This document shows, one piece after another, positions 9,701-18,184 of a stretch of DNA of 64,000 bases. The notes below the pieces were generated by a model, which saw only the letters and a program-made list of their open reading frames with translations, had not been told where the DNA came from and ran no database searches. Positions within the stretch are counted from its first letter, which is position 1; each line of letters begins with the position of its first letter. A program made the translations under genes and the position numbers. Source of the stretch: Candidatus Multivorans sp. (GTDB lineage: Bacteria > Acidobacteriota > Thermoanaerobaculia > Multivoradales > Multivoraceae); NCBI GenBank assembly GCA_965224025.1, contig OZ245033.1:4864001-4928000 (forward strand), read 5' to 3'.

Positions 9701-12275
9701 TCACTTGGCTCGGTGCCAACCGACGAGCTTGTACGGACGCCACCGCCGGTTCTGGACCCATTCGCTTGAAGAGAAGACACCGGACGAGGACATCCCTACC
9801 CTCCTCGACGCACTCGCCGCGCAGCGACCCGACCTTGCATTGGTCGATAGCGGATCAGGCGACGGCCGGGCCGCGGCTGAGAGGCTCCTGGCGCGCGCAC
9901 TCGCCGAGGAGGGCGACAAGCTGACGCAGCAGAGACTCCACAAGTGGCTCAACGCTCCCGCCCGGACGGACGCGGAGTTCCTGGAGCTCAGAAGCTCCCA
10001 CGAGGTGAGCGAGGCCGCATCCGAGTTCTTCCTCTCGGCGCCGCCGCCCAGCGACGACGCACCGGAGGCATGGGAATCCGCATCGAAGGTGCGCTCCTGG
10101 CTGGAGGCCCACCCGGACTCTTTCAAGGCAGCCTTTCTGGAGGGCGTTCGCCGGTATGACGACGAGTGGGACTTGCAGAACAAGGTGGCTCTGGCAAAGG
10201 AGTACCTACGCCAGGCACAGCCTCCGTCCGACTTCGGACGTTGGTGCCTGGAGCAGGCCGGGAAAGTTGCCGAGACCCGACCGGAACTTGCGCGCTGGCT
10301 GCTCGGCGAAACGCGCCGCCGTCTCGACCAAGGCGAAGAAGGCCTTTCGGAGCAACTCATCGACGAGGCAGTGCGAAACCACCCTTCACTGCGGCCGTCA
10401 CGGCCGGCCCCCGAAGCCGCGAGCGAGCTTCGCGAAAGGTCGCGGAGCAACAAGGCGGCAGCCAACACACACCTGGAGAGACGCAGGCGTCAGCAGCAGG
10501 AGTGGCTCGACGCCGTTCGCGCCGAAGCGCCGGCCCTGGAGCAGAACCGCGGCGCACCGGGCCTGCTGTACCGCTTGGCGACAAAGTGGCTGCAACGCTT
10601 CCACAACGGGCAGCTCTCTCTCTTCGACTGGCTCATGGGAGAACTCGGTGACGACAGCTACTTGGCTGCGGCGGTTGGCGCCGGCCTACGCGATGTCGTC
10701 GAGCGCCAGGACGTGCCGGACGCGAGCGAGATCCTCCGCCTCCACGGCGAGAACCGGATGCACTACCTCTCGACACCGTTCCTCGTCTCGCTCGACGAAC
10801 GGGATCTGTCCGACACACGCTTCGTCGACGGGTTGAACCGGCGGCAGAAGCGCCAAGCCTGCGCCTTCTACTTCACTGTCCTGATCAGTCGAAGCGCTCA
10901 TCCGAACTGGTATCGGCGTCTCCTTGAGCGGGAGGTCGATCTGGTCGCGGAAGTGCTGCTCTCGCTGGCACGCGCCGAGTTGAAGCGCGGCACGGAGAAC
11001 GTCCCGTGTCTGCCGGAACTGGCGCACGACGAGGGCCACGCCGACATCGCCCGCCTCGTCTGCCTGCCCCTCCTGCGCGGATTCCCGGTGCGCTGCCACG
11101 CTCGGCAATTGCACAACCTCCTCCGGCTGCTGTGGACGGCGCTCCGGCACCCGGACCCTGGCGACCTTCTCGCGGTCATCGAGAAGAAGCTCGCCGGCCA
11201 GAGCATGACAGTGGGCCAACGCGTCCACTGGCTCGCCGCCGGCGCTATAGCGGCGCCTGACGAGTACGCCGAGCGACTCGCGGAGTTCATCGACGGCCAG
11301 GAAATCCGTGCCAGACATCTCGCGAGGTTCCTGTGGTCGGAGCACCCGGATCTGTTCCTTCCAGCAGAACTGTCACTGCCGCCCCGTGCACTGGAGGTTC
11401 TGATCCGGCAGTCGGGCGCCGCCTTCGGCGTCTCCGAGCTCCCGGACAGAGCAAGGATCGCGCGCGTACCGGGGAACGGACAGTTCAACGCACAGCCTGA
11501 ATCGGTACTCTGGCGTATTCCCGACCTGATCGAGTGCCTCGCAGGTTCACCGGAACCCGAAGCCGGCGAAGCCCTGCGCCGACTCGCGGACGACGAAAGG
11601 CTCCACCGCTGGCGCTACCAGCTTCGCCAAGCCCGTGACCGACAGGCGGTCATCGCGCGCGACAGCTCCTACCGACGCCCCGAACTCGAAGCGGTCCGCG
11701 CAACGCTCGACCATCTGGCGCCCGCCAACGCCGCCGACCTCGCGGCCCTTGCGTTCGACCGGCTCAACGAACTGGCGACAACGATTCGGCATGCCAATAC
11801 GAACGACTGGAGCCAGTACTGGAACCAGGACAGCTACGGCAACCTCACCACATCCAAAGCAGAGAACGACTGCCGCAACAACCTGCTCTCCCACCTGCGC
11901 CCACTCCTGCCCAACGGTGTCGACGCGCAGCCCGAAGGCCAGTATGCCGCCAACCGGCGCGCCGACATCCGCCTGTCCTGTTCCGGCTTCCACGTCCCCG
12001 TTGAAGTCAAGAAGAACTCTCACCCGGCCCTGTGGCGGGCGGCCCGGGATCAACTGGTCGCCAAGTACACGCAGGATCCGGCGACCGGCGGGCACGGCAT
12101 CTTCCTCGTCCTTTGGTTCGGCGACGGCGAGAAATCGCCATTGGACGAGACTGGTACCCGTCCGAGCAGTCCCGAAGAACTCCGGCAGCGGCTTGAAGTC
12201 CGGCTCGCCAAGCAACTAACGCCAGAACAGGCGCGCAGGATCGCGATGCAGGTCATCGACGTCAGCAGAGCCTGA
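6771..12275 (+). CDS. AAA_14-DUF4143 ATPase/nuclease fused to NACHT/STAND NTPase with C-terminal PD-(D/E)XK nuclease (candidate defence protein, 1834 aa)
   Basis: Walker A GPRQSGKT (6849-6872), Walker B LALDELQ, DUF4143-type GRLVESAV...YWRE..EVDFV..VAVEVK. Second Walker A GDPGLGKT (8166-8189), LFIDGLDE, LSCREADW, NPQNL, HRHIAEFL. C-terminal RADI..VPVEVKK..QL..KY..GIFLVLWFG. The ORF extension 5700-6770 is antisense to other genes. Confidence 0.85.
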   Translation: MSYEREHVGVLRGRLEEPPRTIQIVLGPRQSGKTTIVTQALRSLTTPWRYFDVDSADNDLVSPVLQPMTGPRRSRTAPRDKEWLIDVWGLARADAARHDGSVLALDELQSIPDWSSTVKGLWDGDRLNDRPLHVVILGSAPMAIQSSLKESMTGRFEVISVRHWSFSEMKMAFGLDLDQYIYFGGYPGVVGLANRWPPDWQDYEPRWREYVRTSFVGPAIERDVLAMTRVDKPALLARLFELGAAYSGQILPLHKMLGQLQDAGNATTLARYLDLLSQVGLLNGLPKYTPSMLRLRASPPKFNVLNTALMTVGSNRSFEDARADRRFWGRLVESAVGAHLLNTSGSGARVHYWREGDDEVDFVIQAGLRTVAVEVKTGPRARPTAGMRRFAERYQPYRSLLVTETGEPHGSVPLEVFLSRPATAWFRSEFVQRRCTKITVGTEPDQEGAAKPLSEYDETPAYVLLGDPGLGKTTYFREACRNLGRQAHMISARDFVTLDVAQHPEWRDRTLFIDGLDEIRAGRDDARTPLDDVRRQLDRLGPPSFRLSCREADWLGKNDQEHLNKVAPGGEVTVLRLDSLSEEDVVEVAESRLYLQDGEQFLKTAEDKGLGELVRNPQNLELLAAATRTGKWPESRTELFEFACRHLVSEPNDEHLSARLGRSDDLLLKTAGRLCSLLLLSGTAGIRLSPAATSSPEYRPVDLVDPVPSGASPGDADAWNRQQRAAISSRLFRAAAELTPAERCFVPVHRHIAEFLAGRFLAQQIEDGLPVAWVVALVTVGDGGVVTAHRGLSAWLAAHSRQARRELIQRDPIGVGLYGDIGAFSNEEKQPLLDALVDEGRQLDDIGYRGADVFAPLASQGLETDFRALLTVPAPSEDDQFSVKFVLRVLSRGTPMAALVPPIREILYGAGWRQDVTWAALDALVRQCADPHARIDELKQILTDAQDGSLSDEHNELAATVLEELYPDAIGPSEIWRHLARCQPTSLYGRHRRFWTHSLEEKTPDEDIPTLLDALAAQRPDLALVDSGSGDGRAAAERLLARALAEEGDKLTQQRLHKWLNAPARTDAEFLELRSSHEVSEAASEFFLSAPPPSDDAPEAWESASKVRSWLEAHPDSFKAAFLEGVRRYDDEWDLQNKVALAKEYLRQAQPPSDFGRWCLEQAGKVAETRPELARWLLGETRRRLDQGEEGLSEQLIDEAVRNHPSLRPSRPAPEAASELRERSRSNKAAANTHLERRRRQQQEWLDAVRAEAPALEQNRGAPGLLYRLATKWLQRFHNGQLSLFDWLMGELGDDSYLAAAVGAGLRDVVERQDVPDASEILRLHGENRMHYLSTPFLVSLDERDLSDTRFVDGLNRRQKRQACAFYFTVLISRSAHPNWYRRLLEREVDLVAEVLLSLARAELKRGTENVPCLPELAHDEGHADIARLVCLPLLRGFPVRCHARQLHNLLRLLWTALRHPDPGDLLAVIEKKLAGQSMTVGQRVHWLAAGAIAAPDEYAERLAEFIDGQEIRARHLARFLWSEHPDLFLPAELSLPPRALEVLIRQSGAAFGVSELPDRARIARVPGNGQFNAQPESVLWRIPDLIECLAGSPEPEAGEALRRLADDERLHRWRYQLRQARDRQAVIARDSSYRRPELEAVRATLDHLAPANAADLAALAFDRLNELATTIRHANTNDWSQYWNQDSYGNLTTSKAENDCRNNLLSHLRPLLPNGVDAQPEGQYAANRRADIRLSCSGFHVPVEVKKNSHPALWRAARDQLVAKYTQDPATGGHGIFLVLWFGDGEKSPLDETGTRPSSPEELRQRLEVRLAKQLTPEQARRIAMQVIDVSRA

Positions 12276-12345
12276 TTCCGGCGGGCCCGGCGCGGCAAGT
12301 GGAAACTCCCGGCACCGACTCCTGCGGCGCTGCCTCGTCAGACGA

Positions 12346-12896
12346 TCAATCCACGTCGGCGGCGCGGCGGAGGAAGTCGTCCGCGTCGCAGCATTGCAGA
12401 GAAAGACCTCGGGAAAGCCCCAGGACTGGTAGATGCTCAGCTTCCGCTGCCGCACATCGGTGCTGTAGTCCACTTCCAGGACCACGTCCGGCAGCGCATC
12501 GACGCCGTACGCGATCTCGCCGCCGCGCGGCCTTGCCTCCGCCGGATGCACATAGACGACCTGATCCGCCGACATCACGCGTTCCTTCTGCCCGCCCGCG
12601 CCGCGCACGACGAGAGCCGCCGCTCCGATCAGGTCGATCGGCGCCCCTCGCTTGGCGGCGATCAGCGTGCCGCAACTAGCGAGCCGCATGGCGCCGTACT
12701 CGTGATGTGTCGTCGGGTTCTCCGCCACCATCGCGATCTCGGTCCGGGAGTCCCAGTACTCGAACCGACGGTCGCCGTAGTCGTCGAGTTCCTCCCGTCG
12801 AACGCGAACCGGCCGGCAGCCGGGAAACTCCATGGCCTTCGGGGCAGGGCCGTCATCAGGTAGTTCCGAGTGTGTCCCGGCGACCGGCTCGCTCAT
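12346..12896 (-). pseudogene. Uma2-family (PD-(D/E)XK) endonuclease with internal deletion/frameshift
   Basis: SADQVVY, LPDVVLEVDYSTDVRQRKLSIYQSWGFPEV, then an abrupt break near 12405. A plausible C-terminus (LQCCDADDFLRRAADVD*) lies in another frame. Confidence 0.7.
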
Positions 12897-12994
12897 GTTC
12901 CAAGTCTATTGCCGGAGAATCCCCCGAAAGGCGAGCGTGCGCCGGGATGGAGGCCCAGGAAGCGTGACTCGGTCGCGCGCCGACGAGCGCCGGA

Positions 12995-13936
12995 TCAGCC
13001 GCCGCCACGGCGCCGCCACAACAGGATCGCGGCGTAGGCACGCACCGGGCGCCAGCTCGCGGCCATCGCCTCCAACTCGGCCGCACTGACCGCCTGCTCC
13101 GAGCTCACCGCCTTTCGCAGTCCCAGGTCGCTGGCCGGGAACGCATCCGCGTCGCCCAGGGCGCGCATGGCGATGTACTCGACCGTCCAGGGACCGAGAC
13201 CCTTGATCGCGAGCAGGCGTTCCCTGACCTCCTCGGGCGCCGCGTCGAACCGCAGCGCGCCTGTCGCGACTCCGGACGCCATCTCCTGAAGAGCCCGCGC
13301 GCGGGCGGCGGTCAGGCCGATCCTCCGAAGATCGAAGGCGGCTACCTGCTCGGGTTTCGGAAACGTGCGCTCCAGGCCGGGCTCCCGCAAGGTATCCGGA
13401 AGCTCGTCGCCCAATGCCGCAACCAGCCGGCCCGCCAAGGTGCGCGCGCCGGCTACCGAGATCCGCTGCCCCAGCACGGCCCTGACCGCCGTCTCGAAGC
13501 GGTCCCAGGCGCCCGGAACCCGTACGCCCGCCAAACCTCTTCCTTTCGTCCCGAACTCCGGCGCTGCCGCCAGCGTCGCAGCAACCCGATCGGGATTCGC
13601 GTCGAGGTCGAATAGCCGCCGGACTCCGCCAGAGATCGCCTCCTTCACCTCGGGCGCGAGCGTCGCAGCACAAGCGGAACGCACCTCGACGTCGGCCCGC
13701 CGGCCGCCGCGGAAACCCACTTGCAACACTCCCTGGTCGGCTCCCGCCTCGTCGCCGACCGGCGAGCGAGCCGCCAAGTCGATGGTCCGGCGATAGAGCA
13801 GCTTCTCCGGGTCGACAGTCTCGACTCCCGGCAACGCCCGAACAGCGAAGAACTCAAGCAGACCACCGGCATCGAAGCGAAGTCGGTAGGCCTCCCTGAA
13901 CGAACTGACGACGTGCGACATGCGGGTCGGGAGCAT
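12995..13936 (-). CDS. alkA: DNA-3-methyladenine glycosylase II (AlkA N-terminal plus HhH-GPD)
   Basis: RALPGVE, RRLFDLDA, FETAVRAVLGQRISV, LLAIKGLGPWTVEYIAMRALGDADAFPASDLGL, WRPVRAYA. Confidence 0.9.
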   Translation of the reverse strand: MLPTRMSHVVSSFREAYRLRFDAGGLLEFFAVRALPGVETVDPEKLLYRRTIDLAARSPVGDEAGADQGVLQVGFRGGRRADVEVRSACAATLAPEVKEAISGGVRRLFDLDANPDRVAATLAAAPEFGTKGRGLAGVRVPGAWDRFETAVRAVLGQRISVAGARTLAGRLVAALGDELPDTLREPGLERTFPKPEQVAAFDLRRIGLTAARARALQEMASGVATGALRFDAAPEEVRERLLAIKGLGPWTVEYIAMRALGDADAFPASDLGLRKAVSSEQAVSAAELEAMAASWRPVRAYAAILLWRRRGGG

Positions 13937-14005
13937 AGCCACGCGGCATGCGGCCGGCGCGATAGCCTCAACGACCCTCGACGGCCCACCAACCAGGACA
14001 GCACC

Positions 14006-15154
14006 ATGACCGAGCTCCCCACCGACGGCCTCGCGCTCCACTCGACGATCCGCGCCAACGACAGCGGCGGCGGCACGGTTGAACTCGCACTTGCCCGGGT
14101 GCCCGTACCCGACCCCGGGCCGGAGGAGGTCGTCATCCGGGTCGAGGCCGCGCCGATCAATCCGTCCGACCTGGGCGTGCTGTTCGGGCCCGCCGACGTC
14201 TCCACGGCGCGGGCCGTCGAAAGCGAACACGGCCCGGCCGTCGTCGCCGACATTCCCGACGGGCTCGCCCGCCTGGTGGCCGGGCGTCTCGATCAGACGA
14301 TCCCGACCGGCAACGAGGGCGCCGGCGTCATCGTCGCGGCCGGTTCCTCGGCCCGTGCCCAGGCGCTCATCGGCCGCACCGTGGCCGTCCTGGGCGGATC
14401 GATGTACGCGGAGTACCGGCTGTCCGAAGCGAAGCGGTGCCTCGTGCTGCCCGAGGGCACGACGCCGGGGGAAGGCGCATCCTGCTTCGTCAACCCGCTG
14501 ACCGCCCTGGGCATGGTCGAGACGATGCGGCTCGAGGGTCACAGCGCCCTGGCCCACACCGCCGCCGCCTCGAACCTCGGCCAGATGCTGCAGAAGATCT
14601 GCAACGCGGACGGCGTAGCCCTGGTCAACATCGTGCGCCGCGTGGAACACGAGGAACTTCTCCGGGGCCTGGGCGCCGAGCACGTCGTGAATTCGAGTTC
14701 CGACACCTTCATGGTTGATCTGGTCGCCGCGCTCACCGCGACCGGCGCCACCCTCGGCTTTGACGCCACCGGCGGCGGCAAGCTGGCCGGCCAGATCCTG
14801 ACCGCGATGGAGGCGGCTCTGTCCGCCAACGCCCCCGAGTACAGCCGTTACGGCTCGGCGACCCACAAGCAGGTCTACATCTACGGTGGACTCGACCGCA
14901 GCCAGACGGCGCTCACCCGAAATTTCGGCATGGCCTGGGGTCTCGGCGGCTGGCTGCTTCCCCACTTCCTGCAGCGGATCGGCCCCGAGGCTTCCGACCG
15001 CCTCCGCCAGCGGGTCGCCGCCGAGATCAAGACGACCTTCGCCTCGAGCTACGCGAAGAAGGTCACCCTGCAGGAGGCTCTCGACCCGGCTGCCGTCGCG
15101 GTCTACGCGAAGCAGGCGACCGGCGAGAAGTACCTGGTGACGCCGCAAGGCTAG
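14006..15154 (+). CDS. MDR-family (zinc-binding dehydrogenase-like) oxidoreductase
   Basis: EAAPINPSDLG, GNEGAG, FVNPLTALGM, TAAASNLGQM, FDATGGG. Confidence 0.9.
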   Translation: MTELPTDGLALHSTIRANDSGGGTVELALARVPVPDPGPEEVVIRVEAAPINPSDLGVLFGPADVSTARAVESEHGPAVVADIPDGLARLVAGRLDQTIPTGNEGAGVIVAAGSSARAQALIGRTVAVLGGSMYAEYRLSEAKRCLVLPEGTTPGEGASCFVNPLTALGMVETMRLEGHSALAHTAAASNLGQMLQKICNADGVALVNIVRRVEHEELLRGLGAEHVVNSSSDTFMVDLVAALTATGATLGFDATGGGKLAGQILTAMEAALSANAPEYSRYGSATHKQVYIYGGLDRSQTALTRNFGMAWGLGGWLLPHFLQRIGPEASDRLRQRVAAEIKTTFASSYAKKVTLQEALDPAAVAVYAKQATGEKYLVTPQG

Positions 15155-15157
15155 CAA

Positions 15158-16120
15158 CTACACACGCCGGTAGGCGAGATCCCCCTCCAGGTAGGTGAGA
15201 TAGAAGGACTTCGGGTTCATCGTGCCGCCCGGGTTGCGGTACCAGAGCGGGCGCCGGTAGTACGTTTCGCCGCCCAACGACTCGGCGGCGGCCTGGAGCC
15301 TGTTCTCCGTGGCCAGTACGGTCGCTTCGGCACAGCCCAGGCTTGCCAACTCGGCAAGGGACGCGCGCAGGACCGGTGCCGCCCCCTCGCCCACATAGGG
15401 GAAATGAACGATCCGTCCGGTCGGCGGATCATTGGCCCGGTTCACGTAGAGCAGCAGTGGACCAAGCGTCCGACCGGCCCGGCTGAGAGTGAACAGGAGG
15501 CCGTCGTGCTCGGGACAGGCCGCGAGCCAGGCCAGGTGGCCGGGGTCGGCGACGTTGACGAGCCTTTCCCTGCCCGCCTCGGGCACCATCGCGGCGGAAT
15601 CGTACGCCACCAGGTCGACCTCCAACCCGGCGCCCCCCTTATCCCCGACCGCCGTCGCCAATCGCAGCTCGCATGCTTCGCCCACCCGCTGGAAGCCGCG
15701 CAGTACCAGGATGGACTGGGTCGTCGGCGTACCTCCCAGGACGACCTCGAACTCGGCGTCCGGCACGCTGCCGCCCAGGGGCACGCCGGCGGCGCCGCGC
15801 GACCCGGGTTCCACCATCCACAGCATCCTGTGCGCCCCCCTGGCGATCCGATCGTGGATCCGATAGCTGCTGTTCAACGACCCCACGTGACCAACGACCT
15901 CGCCCTGCCGCTCGGCGACCAGGGACTCGACTTCGGGTCCGGGCGGGCCGCTGAACAGGAGCCACCGCAGGATGTCGGGCTCGCGACGGAGCCCGTAGAC
16001 GATGTCCGTCAAGTCGGAGAGGCGCTCCAGGTCGCTCTCGACGCCTGGGCGCAATAGAACGTCCTTCACAAGGCGCCGTGCCGCCGTCGTCGACGAGGAT
16101 CCGCTCAGTCCTCGGCTCAC
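15158..16120 (-). CDS. GNAT-fold acyltransferase-like protein
   Basis: LRWLL...GEVVGHVG...WMVEPGSRG pattern. Translationally coupled to the upstream gene. Confidence 0.55.
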   Translation of the reverse strand: MSRGLSGSSSTTAARRLVKDVLLRPGVESDLERLSDLTDIVYGLRREPDILRWLLFSGPPGPEVESLVAERQGEVVGHVGSLNSSYRIHDRIARGAHRMLWMVEPGSRGAAGVPLGGSVPDAEFEVVLGGTPTTQSILVLRGFQRVGEACELRLATAVGDKGGAGLEVDLVAYDSAAMVPEAGRERLVNVADPGHLAWLAACPEHDGLLFTLSRAGRTLGPLLLYVNRANDPPTGRIVHFPYVGEGAAPVLRASLAELASLGCAEATVLATENRLQAAAESLGGETYYRRPLWYRNPGGTMNPKSFYLTYLEGDLAYRRV

Positions 16121-16941
16121 TATCGCTCCGACTCCGCCGAGCCGTCCTGCCGCCGGGCGCGAAAGGCCGCGTCCCGTTCGGCCCGCAGCCGCAGCCCCTC
16201 GCGGAAGCGCTCGATGTTCGCCTCCGCGCCCCTCTTCAGGCGGCGGTACTTCGCCTCGGCCTCGAGCAGCAGCAGCTCGTCCCAGCCCAGCCCCTCCTCG
16301 GTCCAGTGGTACTCGTGGGTGAGAAGCTGGATCTGGTCGTACCGGTCGAGCAGCGATGTCACCACGCCTTCACGCCAGACCTGGGTGCTGTCGGAAAGGT
16401 ACTTGATCCGCTCGAAGTAGAGCGGGTCGTAGGCGTCGACGATGCCGGGAATCCGCAGCGTCCGGCCCGACCGCATCGGCATGTGGGGGCTCGCCGCCCG
16501 AATCTCGGTGCCGAAGAACCCCTCCATCAGACCGATCGCGCGTTGCGCCAGGTCGACCGTGTCGCCGCCGGAACGCTCGAGCAAACCCAGGTCGTAGTGG
16601 AAGCCCAGGTCGTGCCCCAGATCGAGCATCTCCTCGACGGTCTCGGCGCCGTCCGCCTCGAACAGGTTGTAGTCGGACCCGATCTGGACAAAGAAGGTCG
16701 CGCGCACGCTGGCTCCGTGGTCGGCCCGTGCAATTGTCAGCGCCGAGTCGAGGCTCAACTCCACGTCGTGCCGCATCAGCACGAAACGCTCCACGTCGAG
16801 CAGCGCCTCGCCCATCGGCGCCGCCTCCGCGAAAGAGAGCGTGCGGTGCGTCGCCGTGATCCGCTCCAGGATCTCCCGGTAGTGATCGAGCGTGAAGTCG
16901 AGGTCGGGGTCGGTCGGGCGAGCCGGCGGATGCTGTTTCAT
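16120..16941 (-). CDS. Polysaccharide deacetylase-like protein
   Basis: LMRHDVE, ATFFV, GHDLGFHYD, SPHMP, YLSDS, QLLTH motifs. Confidence 0.75.
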   Translation of the reverse strand: MKQHPPARPTDPDLDFTLDHYREILERITATHRTLSFAEAAPMGEALLDVERFVLMRHDVELSLDSALTIARADHGASVRATFFVQIGSDYNLFEADGAETVEEMLDLGHDLGFHYDLGLLERSGGDTVDLAQRAIGLMEGFFGTEIRAASPHMPMRSGRTLRIPGIVDAYDPLYFERIKYLSDSTQVWREGVVTSLLDRYDQIQLLTHEYHWTEEGLGWDELLLLEAEAKYRRLKRGAEANIERFREGLRLRAERDAAFRARRQDGSAESER

Positions 16942-16948
16942 GTCGGCT

Positions 16949-18013
16949 TCATGTCGGCTGCCAGGAAACTTCTCGCCATACTTCGGTCGCCAGGTCGTCG
17001 ACCGGACGCACGGCCCCTTCATCGATCCAGTCGATCAGCCGGCCCGTCACGTCAGGGTAGTTCATGGGAAGCGGCTCCGGAGTACAGGTCCAGGACTCGA
17101 CCGCTTCCACGGTCAGCCGCTTGACGACGGTGCCCAAGCCAAGTGCCGTGAGCGCCCGGCCGTTGAGGAACTGCTCCGGGTGACGGCCGATGGGCTGCAC
17201 CAGGAGGCGGCGGCCCAGGTGCAGCGCCTCGCTGATGAGCGAGAAACCCGCGTTCGTGATCACTCCCGAACAGGCAACGAGATCGGCCACGAAAGCCGCG
17301 CGGTCGTAGGGGCGGACCGAGATATTGCCGCGGTCCACCCGCTCGGGCACCGGCCGGTAGGCGACGAACCGCCGGTGAGGCAGGCGCCGGAGCAGCGCCG
17401 TGATGCTCTGCTCGCTCTCCGCGGGCAGGTAGACGAGGAACCGCTCGCCGGCGTCCGGCGGCCGGCCGGCCCTGACCGCCGCGACCAGGTCGGGACTGAT
17501 CGTGGGCGGCAGATTCGCGCCGCCGAAGCGATGCCAGTGCAAGCCGACGGCGGTCCGGACCGGAGTGTAGAGGGGAGCGAACAGGCGTAGCGCCAATCGC
17601 GCCGGCCCGGTCCGGCCGGGCAGCCGCAACCGCTGGTGAAACGCGTAGAGGTGGCCGACGCCGATGCTGGGCCGCCCGCAGCGACGAGCGATCCAGGCGG
17701 AGACAGGCTCGTAGTCGGTCAGCACGAGGTCGAAGCGCGACGCATCGAAGCTGCGGACATCACGTAGAAAACGCGCCACGCGCAACTGGCCAAGGGTTCG
17801 GAGCATCCGCACCCGGCCACCGGCCGCCTGACCCGTGAACCCCTCGAGCAGCGTGTGGCTCGCCCGGATCTCGGGGTCGGCGAATGCCGCGGAAGATCGT
17901 CCGGTGAGCAGACAGTGGACCTCGTGGCCTCGGCTCCGCAACCCGGCCACCATCGCCGCCGACCGCACCAGATGGCCGTGGCCCGTGCCCTGAACGCCGT
18001 ACAGAATCCTCAT
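16949..18013 (-). CDS. MJ1255/VC2487-family glycosyltransferase
   Basis: MRILYGVQGTGHGH, LTDYEPVSAW, ITNAGFSLISEAL, HPEQFLN. Confidence 0.88.
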   Translation of the reverse strand: MRILYGVQGTGHGHLVRSAAMVAGLRSRGHEVHCLLTGRSSAAFADPEIRASHTLLEGFTGQAAGGRVRMLRTLGQLRVARFLRDVRSFDASRFDLVLTDYEPVSAWIARRCGRPSIGVGHLYAFHQRLRLPGRTGPARLALRLFAPLYTPVRTAVGLHWHRFGGANLPPTISPDLVAAVRAGRPPDAGERFLVYLPAESEQSITALLRRLPHRRFVAYRPVPERVDRGNISVRPYDRAAFVADLVACSGVITNAGFSLISEALHLGRRLLVQPIGRHPEQFLNGRALTALGLGTVVKRLTVEAVESWTCTPEPLPMNYPDVTGRLIDWIDEGAVRPVDDLATEVWREVSWQPT

Positions 18014-18184
18014 GACTGAGCCCGTCGTGTTGTGCCGGACCAGAGCACGCGGGCGGAAGGTAGCACCCGCCGACTCGCCGTCGCAAGCGCACGTCGCTGT
18101 TACACTGACAGTCCGACTGAACTTCCTCGTTTCTTTGCCGGTTCTTCCCGCTACGCACCCAGGGAGCGCGGTCTGATCCCCGCG

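Noticed and set aside
13937-15157. Long N-terminal extension of the 720-aa alkA ORF as an Ada fusion
   Set aside because: It is antisense to the MDR oxidoreductase and has no Ada zinc-finger or AraC motifs.
16938-16959. Short tandem duplication tcatgtcggct x2 at the glycosyltransferase/deacetylase junction
   Set aside because: Only 11 bp, leaves both genes intact, and does not support a target-site duplication.
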